Below are positions 1 through 9,168 of a DNA stretch of 17,370 nucleotides, one piece after another. This DNA comes from Ginkgo biloba (lineage: Eukaryota > Plantae > Ginkgophyta). The DNA is taken from positions 149,305,705 through 149,323,074 of the forward strand of contig JANKJI020000004.1 in assembly GCA_024626585.2 (NCBI GenBank). Reading direction: 5' to 3'. The notes under the pieces are model-generated. The model did no database searches, was not told the origin of the DNA, and saw only the letters and a list, made by a program, of their open reading frames with translations. The translations under genes were made by a program, and so were the position numbers. Each line of letters begins with the position of its first letter. Position 1 is the first letter of the stretch.

Positions 1-248
1 AAGTTATGGTCAAACTATAGTAGGCAGTTTTTGTTTGTTTGCTCACTGATCGGTGAACGGGTTTCTCCCTTTGTCAAGCGACTTTGTTCGTTCGTTCGTC
101 GAACATATTTAGCTTGTTCATTGAACACCTTCACTCATTCGTCAAAAATGAAGCATGTTTCTTCATTCTTTTTGAACCGTCCTTGCTTCCGCCAGTTAGC
201 TGACTTGTGCTGAGTTCATATTTCATTTTTATGATCCAATACAGATCA

Positions 249-883
249 ATTGGTGTCGGGGCATATCTGTGAAGATGATGTTCTTGAATTTGTCAAGATA
301 TTGGCCAGAGATGGAGGGATTCATCCAATTTAGGAGTGGAATCAGTCATGTAAATTGCACTGCAACCTTGGCAAGTAAATTGCATTGTAGAATTGTTTGC
401 ATCTGCACAGGAGGAATTGAAGAAGAAAGCTTCACTGGTGTAGCTGAAGCAAGCTCTGGCAGCTCTCATTGCAATGGAAAACACATTGAATCAAAGCTTA
501 TTACCATCTACCGATTGGCTGTGGAAATCGGTGACAACTAAGAATGGTATGGATCATAGGACTCAGGTTGTGTATAATTTGAAAGAACACCATAATACAT
601 GCCAGCAGATTTGCGATGAGTACATTGTGGATACTGAATGGGCATTGGAAAAGTGAAATACGGAATACAAGAAAGTTGCTAAATTGGAAGGAGAAAACTG
701 GAGATTGATGAAACGAGTGCAGGATTTGCAGCAATGTATGCATCACCAACGAGGAGTTGGCAGTACATCTGGATCACAACCTTTGGGATTTTGAGGTGGG
801 CAGTCTTGGTGCCCGTACCCTCATCCAATGGATTTCGAGTTGTGTGCTGCAATGTTTCTTTGTTGGGATGGGGGAGGAGAATG
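249..883 (+). mobile_element. Possible internal domain of a short non-autonomous LTR element (PBS-like, decayed ORF, PPT-like)
   Basis: CA(247-248)+AT+TGGTGTCGGGGC (251-262) is 9/12 to the tRNA-iMet PBS TGGTATCAGAGC, and all three differences are A>G. Polypurine GGGGGAGGAGAA (870-881) is followed by TG. A matching LTR pair was not found by eye. Confidence 0.33.
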
Positions 884-1571
884 AGATAGTGTTAGCCCCT
901 GAAAAATCCAAGCTATGATAAGTTGTTGTAGCTGTATATAAGATTTCAATTGGTTAGATTATGCATGTTAAATTAGATTGTGAAGCTGTGGTACTGGATC
1001 ATGATCATTTTGAAGAAGGTATGGTGGATGAAATTGTGATGAGAGATCATACTCTGCCTGATTGGATAGTGACACTTTGGTGAGAGCATGGTAGTTATCG
1101 ACTTGCATAAGATTATTGCTGTGGTGCATCTGAGTATGGCAGTTGTTTGCCAAATTAGGGATTGTTCTGCTTTAAATTCTGACTCTCTTAAACCAGATCA
1201 CACCAGTCTTGTGTTGTGGTGGGGTGTGATCAGATTTGGGAGAAGAACATGTCAATGAACCATATTGTGATCCTTTAGGCATCAGGAGATCGTGCCAGTT
1301 GTGCATTGGATTGCAGCAACAATAGTTAACAGCTGTACTAGATCATGATCCCTTCTTGAACCTAATCCTGCTAGTTTTGCGAGTTTGACTGGCCAGTCTT
1401 GCAGCAGATCACAGTAATGGAAGATGATATGGCCATTTTGCAGCAGCTCAGCCTGAGTGGGATGCTCAGAAGGGAGGTGTGTGGGTAGATGGATGCATGA
1501 TATTTGGTTACTCATCATATGTATGAACTGATTGTGTGCATTTATAATTGCTACTTATCATTATGTGTTTC

Positions 1572-1644
1572 TGAAGGTTAGCCTAAGTGGTGAAGAGCAA
1601 TCACTTTTACCGCATTGTCGATTGCTCAAATCTTACAGAGGACA
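1572..1644 (+). other. Degenerate tRNA-like sequence (tRNA-derived SINE head or tRNA pseudogene)
   Basis: A-box-like TAGCCTAAGTGG (1579-1590), then AGAGC, anticodon-loop-like CTTTTAC (1604-1610) and B-box-like GCTCAAATC (1624-1632), at tRNA-like spacing. The stems do not pair well. Confidence 0.3.
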
Positions 1645-2001
1645 TAGTAGCCAATGAGCAATGTAGCTCACTAAGGCGCTAAGACTAAAATAAGTCCAGT
1701 TTTAAAAATCATGTAAAATAGCTAACCGTTAGTGATTAGTCATAAAATGATGTAGTTACAAGTCTATTGGTGTCAAGTTGGGATTTGTTGGTAGTTGGGC
1801 TTATGTGCACACAATTGAGTAATTATGTTGCATAGTGAAAAAAAGTTGTGCTTATTCTAATGAAGTGTGAGAGTCAACTTGAGGGTTCAGGCTGTATGTG
1901 AGAGGCACTTTTGTATTTCTTATTGTGTTATTGATGGAGATAATGGTGGTGTTTGCCAATCTTGTGTCTTGATTGTTTTGCTAATGTGAACTGCCTTGTG
2001 C

Positions 2002-2042
<41 letters not shown>

Positions 2043-2043
2043 G
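2002..2043. repeat. Compound microsatellite (TG)10(AG)11
   Basis: Directly visible. Confidence 0.95.
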
Positions 2044-2637
2044 CGCAATGATCTAAAATCTTGACATGGTAGGGACAATATCTGCTCTGTAAGGCAGTTG
2101 TCTGTCAACTGACTTGTAACCAGTATGACTAGTGGTAAGTGTTCATGCATACCTCTCTATCATTCCAGACAGATTTAAATTACATTGAGAATATTGCCCC
2201 TACATGTACTTTGTTGATTTCTGTGTCATGATTGTAATTGTCCTTCCATGACTGGTTTGTAGTTATCGATTTGATTCTAGAGATTATGACTACTCAATAC
2301 CCTCTGTTTTAGGAGGCAACGCATTGACTGATTGTCACAAACTACTGGCTCATGGTTGTTGTAGCAGTTTGACTTTGTGCTGGCCGGAGGCACATAAACG
2401 GATCATCAAATTCTTTTGTGTACTCATTATGATTGGCTGATACAATGCACAACATAAAAAGTTTGTCACATTGTGTTGGCTTACTATCATTGTCAGTAAC
2501 AATTGTTGGCCAACTATGGGTCACTATAGTTACATTCTTATGGATTGTTATATTCTTTGGGAACACTCCCCCTATGACTGGCTACAATTTTAGTGCATAC
2601 AAGATGTTTGTAACATGTATTTTTCATTGAAGCTCTG

Positions 2638-3050
2638 CTTTTTCCTTGTCTGTAGTCATGGATATGTCTAAATAGTTGTCTAATTAGTAGTCAACTCTGC
2701 TTGATTCTTCTCTGTTGTTTTTAAAGGGGACCTAATCTCTTTGGAACTTAATGGTAGTTCATGTATAGTTATTATTGTTTTACTAGCTTTCAGAGGGCAG
2801 NNNNNNNNNNCCCTGCTGTTTTCTTGACTACTGGGCACTGAAATGTTCTAATATTTTTTAATCTTACAGTTTTCCATTTTCTTCTTGCTCACTTGCATGT
2901 GTATTAATTAAGTCTTGCACATATCTCTCAGATGTTCTGTGGAGTTTAGAGTTTTTTGTGCTTACTTCTTATATACCAGGGTGAATCAGCTTACTGTTTA
3001 TAGCAAACAAGAGAATGTGAGATATAACCGTAATGGAAATTTGCATTGAA
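2638..3050 (+). repeat. Intron segment, copy A of a diverged direct duplication
   Basis: Aligns to 3082-3392 plus 5173-5260. 2811-2860 vs 3229-3278 is 37/50 identical ungapped. Exact anchors: TTTTACTAG (2778/3199), TTATATACCAGG (2969/5175), ACAAGAGAATGTGA (3007/5212). Confidence 0.85.
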
Positions 3051-3081
3051 NNNNNNNNNNNNNNNNNNNNNNNNNNNNNNN

Positions 3082-3392
3082 AACTTTTCCCTGGTCTGTA
3101 CTTATTGATCTCTAATTCGTAATCAAGTCTGATGGGTTGTTCTTTCTTTAAGGGTACCTAGTTTTCTTTAAACCTCAATTGCAGTTAACTTACAATTATT
3201 TTACTAGTCTTCAATTGCCTGCTCTTTTCCCTGTTTTTTTGTTGGCTGCTAAGCACAGTAACATTTTGATATTTTTTACTTATTTACTTTTGCTTTTTGT
3301 TTTTNNNNNNNNNNNNNNNNNNNNNNNNNNNNNNNNNNNNNNNNNNNNNNNNNNNNNNNNNNNNNTTTATAGTTTTTCTTACTTACCCTTTA
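3082..3392 (+). repeat. Intron segment, copy B of the duplication (continues at 5173-5260 after the LTR)
   Basis: Same alignment as copy A. Begins immediately after the 3051-3081 gap. Confidence 0.85.
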
Positions 3393-5172
3393 TGTAACAG
3401 TCCGGTCTTTATCCCAAGTCAACTCAGTGAGTTTAATTATTCCAAAATAAATAACAGGAAATAAAACTAGTAATGAGCATCAAGTCAACACAGTTCAATT
3501 CATGAATAGTAAAACATTGCATCATGCAAGCAGAAATAAAGACTGGACTTCTACAATAAGGAGACAAGTTATTGCGTCATAGGTATGCTACCACTATTGG
3601 CCATAGAGGACTTGAGCACAATTACTGAGGCAAACCTGGAGTGCCATAAAGGCTAACCATCAGCATTCTTGTACAAAAACATCATATTTCTAGCCCTCAG
3701 GATGCAACGCTCTTCATGTAGAGTTGGATGCAGTGCAGGTATAGAAATAGGTGCAGTCCCATTTATTATACAAACTTAGTGCGCAGTCGCAGTATATAAT
3801 CAAACTTAATGCGCATGTATAGTCCAAAATCAACCTGTCGATTGTAGAAAACTTGTGACTTCCTTCTACATCCTTGCGAGGCCTTCCAAATGCTCTACAA
3901 GCCTTGAAAACTCTTCCAAAAGAGATGCCTTCCCTCGTAGAAGCGAATAGGGTGTTTCTCTTCACGAAAACCCTCACAAAGCCACCATAGATGTAGTATA
4001 ATGTTGACGGCGAAGCAAAAGACAACAAAATCCTTAAAGTAGCTACTTCTACTGGAGAAGAATAACAACGAAAATGTAGAGAAGAGCTCTTAGACTGAGG
4101 ACGCCCTCAATGCAAGGTCTAGATGANNNNNNNNNNNNNNNNNNNNNNNNNNNNNNNNNNNNNNNNNNNNNNNNNNNNNNNNNNNNNNNNNNNNNNNNNN
4201 NNNNNNNNNNNNNNNNNNNNNNNNNNNNNNNNNNNNNNNNNNNNNNNNNNNNNNNNNNNNNNNNNNNNNNNNNNNNNNNNNNNNNNNNNNNNNNNNNNNN
4301 NNNNNNNNNNNNNNNNNNNNNNNNNNNNNNNNNNNNNNNNNNNNNNNNNNNNNNNNNNNNNNNNNNNNNNNNNNNNNNNNNNNNNNNNNNNNNNNNNNNN
4401 NNNNNNNNNNNNNNNNNNNNNNNNNNNNNNNNNNNNNNNNNNNNNNNNNNNNNNNNNNNNNNNNNNNNNNNNNNNNNNNNNNNNNNNNNNNNNNNNNNNN
4501 NNNNNNNNNNNNNNNNNNNNNNNNNNNNNNNNNNNNNNNNNNNNNNNNNNNNNNNNNNNNNNNNNNNNNNNNNNNNNNNNNNNNNNNNNNNNNNNNNNNN
4601 NNNNNNNNNNNNNNNNNNNNNNNNNNNNNNNNNNNNNNNNNNNNNNNNNNNNNNNNNNNNNNNNNNNNNNNNNNNNNNNNNNNNNNNNNNNNNNNNNNNN
4701 NNNNNNNNNNNNNNNNNNNNNNNNNNNNNNNNNNNNNNNNNNNNNNNNNNNNNNNNNNNNNNNNNNNNNNNNNNNNNNNNNNNNNNNNNNNNNNNNNNNN
4801 NNNNNNNNNNNNNNNNNNNNNNNNNNNNNNNNNNNNNNNNNNNNNNNNNNNNNNNNNNNNNNNNNNNNNNNNNNNNNNNNNNNNNNNNNNNNNNNNNNNN
4901 NNNNNNNNNNNNNNNNNNNNNNNNNNNNNNNNNNNNNNNNNNNNNNNNNNNNNNNNNNNNNNNNNNNNNNNNNNNNNNNNNNNNNNNNNNNNNNNNNNNN
5001 NNNNNNNNNNNNNNNNNNNNNNNNNNNNNNNNNNNNNNNNNNNNNNNNNNNNNNNNNNNNNNNNNNNNNNNNNNNNAGGGTTTATCTTCATCCGTTGCCT
5101 TATTTTCAAGTCTTTTGACCATCTTTGACTGGGTTTGACCGAGCTTGGATCAGGGTTGACTGGGCTGTAACA
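3393..5172 (-). mobile_element. LTR retrotransposon insertion, probably a solo LTR of a Ty3/gypsy element; interior partly in a 950-N gap
   Basis: TG...CA termini. Left end TGTAACAGTCCGGTC vs reverse complement of right end TGTTACAGCCCAGTC, 12/15. 5-bp TSD CTTTA (3388-3392) / GTTTA (5173-5177), 4/5. The flanks rejoin colinearly with the paralogous empty site at about 2961-2980. Strand is inferred from base composition only. Confidence 0.78.
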
Positions 5173-5319
5173 GTTTATATACCAGGAAAGGAGGATTAAT
5201 GAATAAAGCATACAAGAGAATGTGATGTATCATATTTAAGAATAACTTGTTTTTGTTGAATATATGTTGTCATTGCAGATGAAGTAATTTCTGACTACAG
5301 ATTTTCATGACTGATATAG

Positions 5320-5432
5320 GCCCTTCTGTCTCCTAGTCTGGCAGAATACCAGAGACTGAGATGCAGGGTTGCTTTCCATGCTCTTCGTTTTCGTCAAGAG
5401 GTTCAGGAACTTGGTGATAGAATAGTACAAAG
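5320..5432 (+). CDS. O-fucosyltransferase exon (copy B): ALLSPSLAEYQRLRCRVAFHALRFRQEVQELGDRIVQ(R)
   Basis: TAG acceptor 5317-5319, CTGAC branch-like motif 5291-5295, donor AG|GTAAC at 5433. 113 nt, phase 0 in and phase 2 out. Confidence 0.9.
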
Positions 5433-7748
5433 GTAACAATGTGCTCAAATGGAATATTTTTTTGACATATGCTCTTGTTGTGTATATGTGGAAAATAGTT
5501 TTGGGAATTGTCAATAATTGAGTGATTTTACTCATATGTGGATAATATATTTTGTTTGATGTCAGTTCACATTTACTTATGGAGGATGTTGCAGGTTGCA
5601 ATCTTCAGGGCGGCCCTTTCTGGCTTTTCATACTGGCTTAGAGAAAGATGCTTTGGCATACCATGGCTGTGCAGAAAGATACCAGGTATGTGTCAGGCAT
5701 TTACCTTAGTATTTACTCTACCAGAAAGAAGTGTTTTATAGAGTCAGTATTGAGTAGCTTATCATACATGAAATATAGAGAGTTTCCTATTGTAAGCATA
5801 GTTTTCATGTGATTACCATAGGATGTCCACACTGAACTCATACAGTATAGAAGATCATGGATGATTAAACATGGGATTGTCCAAGGGGAGCTTCCTGCTG
5901 ATTCTGAGGTTCAACGGCGAAATGGGTTATGCCCTCTTATGCCTGAGGAGGTACAGTTATTATACATTTTGAGGTTGAATGAAAGTAGTAGATATATGTT
6001 TTCTCACATTTGATTTTTTGTGCAAATACATTTCAGCTATTTCTTTCTTTCGCTAAACTTTCCCTTGATCTGTTTGGATTGAAGTAAACATGTTTCTTCA
6101 TGAAGGTTGGTATTCTTCTACGAGCTATGGGTTATCCACCAGACACAATAATATATGTATCAGGCGGAGAAATATTCGGTGGACAGCGGGTGCTAATTCC
6201 CCTTCGTGCAATGTTCAATAATCTTGTGGATAGGATGTCACTTTGCACTGACAAAGAGTTGTCAATGATATATGGGCAACTTGGAGGCAGTCTACCAATG
6301 ATGTTGCTATTGAGGTGAGCTGCATAATTTTGGATGATCATTTTTGGACAAATGTCAAATTTGTAGTGGATTTCATTGAGCCTATCAATGATGTTATCTA
6401 CTTTGTTGATATTGATTCTTCTTGTTTGGGCGAAATATATGAGTGCATTGATTCCATGTGTGAGAGGATCAAGGCAGTCACAGATGNNNNNNNNNNNNNN
6501 NNNNNNNNNNNNNNNNNNNNNNNNNNNNNNNNNNNNNNNNNNNNNNNNNNNNNNNNNNNNNNNNNNNNNNNNNNNNNNNNNNNNNNTATAGCGGGTGGAG
6601 AAATATTTGGTGGACAGCGGACATTGATTCCTCTTGGTGCGATGTTCCAGAATCTTGTTGATAGGACATCACTTTGCACAGTGAAAGAACTGACAATGAT
6701 GTATGGACCAGAGGATCATTTGCTTTCCCCAGCTTCCTCCCCACCACCTCTTGATAGTGAGAAAATCAGGCTTGCAGCTTGGAAAAATGCAGGTCCCCGG
6801 CCCAGGCCTCTTCCACCACCTGCAGGTAGGCCAAAATACCCATATAGTGTTGAAGNNNNNNNNNNNNNNNNNNNNNNNTTTCTGAAACTGACAAGGAACC
6901 CAAGTCCACCATTTTGGAGTTGAGAATGCAAGCTCATAAGCTGCTTTGGGAAGCCCTAGATTACATTGTTTCTGTGGAAGCAGATGCTTTCTTTCCTGGC
7001 TTTGATCGCGATGGTAATGGTCGTCCAAATTTTGCAAGCTTGGTGATGGGACATCGAGTTTATGAATCAGCATCAGTCAAAACCTACCGTCCTGACAGGT
7101 GAACAAATGGTGCTATAAAAGAATTCAGTAGTTGCTGCTGGTAGTTCATATTGCTTTGTTTTTCAAATAGTTTCTTATGTGTTTCATCTGGGTGGAAAAA
7201 ATGATTTAAGTTTTAAGGTTTGTAATGATGGATTCATTTTTCTTATTTAGAAACCCTACCTGTGTGTCTTGTGCAGAAAAGTCATTGTCGACATCTTGGA
7301 GGGTATTCATGACCATATATACAAACCAAACCATACCTGGTTAGCATCTGTTCGAGAGCATCTGAATAAGACCATCCAGGAAGAAGGACTTATAGATCTC
7401 TCTCTGAAAACAAAGCCTCTCTCTTTTCTTTCTCATCCACTGCCTGAGTGCTCCTGTCGAACACACAAAGTTTCAGAGGGTGCACTTCATCATAAAGGTT
7501 TTGTTAAAGATCCCCAGAGTGGAATAGTATATGGAGGTGAAGAAGATTGTCCTGGGTGGATGGATAGTGGAATTGTGGTACCATCTGATAAAGATGGAGA
7601 TGAGGAAGAAGATCCAGATGGAGTGGAGAGAATTCCAGGGCAGTTTTTTCAAGAGATGTCTAGCGAAACAGATATAGAAGAAACACGTAGTAAAGCAGAT
7701 GATGTTCAATCAACAGAACAGGAAGAAGAACTAGAAGTATATGATTAA
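5320..7748 (+). CDS. OFUT27: O-fucosyltransferase family protein (plant O-FucT/DUF246, OFUT27/EDA30 clade), 3' partial, multi-exon; composite of two paralogous copies as assembled
   Basis: Exons 5320-5432, 5595-5685, 5822-5950 and 6106-6276 (copy B), and 6587-7098 and 7277-7748 (copy A). Within each copy the introns are GT-AG and phase-compatible. Translation gives family motifs EYQRLRCRVAFHALRF, LAYHGCAE, GLCPLMPEEVGILLRAMGY, GGEIFGGQR.LIPL, GPRPRPLPPP, AHKLLWEALDYIVSVEADAFFPGFDRDG, FASLVMGHR and FLSHPLPECSC. The clade call rests on recalled similarity to Arabidopsis OFUT27/EDA30, not a search. No 5' exons are visible in the window. Confidence 0.9.
5595..5685 (+). CDS. O-fucosyltransferase exon (copy B): (R)LQSSGRPFLAFHTGLEKDALAYHGCAERYQ
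   Basis: TTGCAG acceptor ending 5594, CAG|GTATG donor at 5686. 91 nt; completes the split Arg codon of the previous exon. Confidence 0.9.
5822..5950 (+). CDS. O-fucosyltransferase exon (copy B): DVHTELIQYRRSWMIKHGIVQGELPADSEVQRRNGLCPLMPEE
   Basis: TAG acceptor ending 5821, GAG|GTACAG donor at 5951. 129 nt, 43 codons, contains the conserved CPLMPEE. Confidence 0.92.
6106..6276 (+). pseudogene. Truncated O-fucosyltransferase exon (copy B): VGILLRAMGYPPDTIIYVSGGEIFGGQRVLIPLRAMFNNLVDRMSLCTDKELSMIYG, broken by hAT sequence
   Basis: AAG acceptor ending 6105. Similarity to copy A stops at about 6276; the frame then runs into hAT-derived DNA and stops at TGA 6316-6318. Confidence 0.75.
6273..6486 (+). 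mobile_element. Internal fragment of a plant hAT-superfamily (DUF659-type) transposase
   Basis: Open frame from 6273: WATWRQSTNDVAIEVSCIILDDHFWTNVKFVVDFIEPINDVIYFVDIDSSCLGEIYECIDSMCERIKAVTD. This fits the recalled hAT pattern W..W...V...ILDD.(F/W)W..V.....EPI...I...D.D..CLGEIY...D.M...IK. No TIR at the left junction; the right end runs into a gap. Confidence 0.78.
6587..7098 (+). CDS. OFUT27: O-fucosyltransferase exon (copy A), 5' end lost in gap: IAGGEIFGGQRTLIPL...GPRPRPLPPP...AHKLLWEALDYIVSVEADAFFPGFDRDGNGRPNFASLVMGHRVYESASVKTYRPD(R)
   Basis: Provided ORFs 6315..6923 (3' part) and 6914..7102. The frame change coincides with the N gap 6856-6878. Donor AG|GTGAAC at 7099, phase 2. Confidence 0.9.
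7277..7748 (+). CDS. OFUT27: O-fucosyltransferase terminal exon (copy A): (R)KVIVDILEGIHDHIYKPNHTW...FLSHPLPECSC...acidic tail
   Basis: GTGCAG acceptor ending 7276, phase-compatible with 7098. Stop TAA 7746-7748. Matches provided ORF 7269..7748. Confidence 0.92.
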
Positions 7749-8608
7749 GGAGAAAAAAAAATTGAAGCGTGACAAGAGATTGTGGGGTTGTTCAACCCAT
7801 ACAAGGTGGTTTCTAGATTTTGACCAATGTTTCTTCTAAGCCTGAGAACACTACTATTTACCCAAAGTACAATATTATTTAACCAAGCTATATATTCTTT
7901 CCACCCAGGGTTTAATGAACCTGTTGAGGTGTTGTTGGCACATAGAAGTATTTGACAATTCTCCAAGGATCTTTGAGGCTATGAAAATGGAGCAAATTTT
8001 GTCTGGAAATGGAAGACTGCAAGGAGGTATTCAACACACAAGTATCTGGATTTTTGAAGATCCCACTGTACATGATGCCTTACTGTGGAAGTTTCATTTC
8101 TGCTGCAAGCACATTTTGCAGAGTTGGCCAACTTGAAAGTTTAAAATTCTTTTCCAGCATCATGCAGGTTTCTCCTTGTAGCTAGTTTGCGGTCAACTTT
8201 TGTTATAGAATGTAGCAAAAGCTAAACATTCCCTCAATTATGGCTCAAAGTTTCTTACAAAAGCATTGCTGTGGTGAATGTGCTGATTAGATGAAGTGAT
8301 TTAAAACATTCTAGTTTAATTTTCCCTTTCTTGAAGAAATTCTTCATGGAAACTTTAGGAGACTGAGTGGTACTTATTCCATTTACATGATACAACATCC
8401 AAAAGTTTACATCTTTTCTGTTTGAGAAGACTAGACCCAGTCTTAGAAAAACTGAGGCGAGAGTTAGTGGCACTTGTTCCATTGTACNNNNNNNNNNNNN
8501 NNNNNNNNNNNNNNNNNNNNNNNNNNNNNNNNNNNNNNNNNNNNNNNNNNNNNNNNNNNNNNNNNNNNNNNNNNNNNNNNNTCATGTTCAATCCTTAGGG
8601 CTTAACAA

Positions 8609-8628
8609 TTTTTTTTTTTTTTTTTTTT
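8609..8628. repeat. Poly(T)20 tract
   Basis: Directly visible. Confidence 0.9.
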
Positions 8629-9168
8629 GTTGATTCGTCTTTATGCAATATTCTTGTCATTTAAATGCTTCACACATCTATGCTTGTATTCTATGGTTAT
8701 CAGTGTTCCATACAATATAAATCATTGGCAGCACATGTTGCTACTTATTGATGTTGAATGCCATGCAATATCTTAGTTTTCAAACCCATAATATGGAGAG
8801 AATACATGTATGTTCTGTTTTTGCCAATCAGGCAGCTATAACCGCTTGTGGACTTTCTACATTTCATTATATTAGTTGTATCTTAGTTATGTGCACAGCT
8901 AAAGTAGATTGGCTGAGGCTAAGCCCAGGCTTTAGTCATTAATATTTGTCAGATTATTATTGACTAATCAGCTTAGATATGTCCTTTCCAAAACAAAATT
9001 GCACCAAGTGCCAACAGTACCACTGGTTGTGCTTACAATTATGTCAACAAGGAAAACTACCTTGATCGACGTTTTTCCTTATCCATATATCTATTACAAT
9101 GATGTTGACATTTTAGCCATATTTAGAGGAGCACAATTGAGCTCTCTATGTGAATAATAATTTTTTAG

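Noticed and set aside
1696-1713. CCAGTTTTAAAAATCATG, resembling a MITE terminus
   Set aside because: No partner inverted repeat or TSD was found.
4049-5211. Long ORFs of 331-373 aa, and similar ones at 15872-16486
   Set aside because: Almost entirely X residues from N runs.
5581-5594. GGAGGATGTTGCAG resembles the GGCLQ codons ending the missing upstream exon
   Set aside because: It is one base short, has no upstream similarity, and serves as the acceptor of the 5595 exon. Coincidence.
6856-6878. Apparent frameshift in copy A, suggesting a pseudogene
   Set aside because: It coincides with a 23-N gap. A 15-nt fill, matching the recalled family sequence EGWWGWV, restores the frame.
6315-6923. 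202-aa ORF that looks like a hAT transposase-fucosyltransferase fusion protein
   Set aside because: The two halves are in frame only through a 100-N gap of probably arbitrary length, so this is not evidence of a fusion.
7915-8136. 73-aa ORF downstream of the OFUT stop
   Set aside because: No recognisable similarity; the position fits a 3' UTR.
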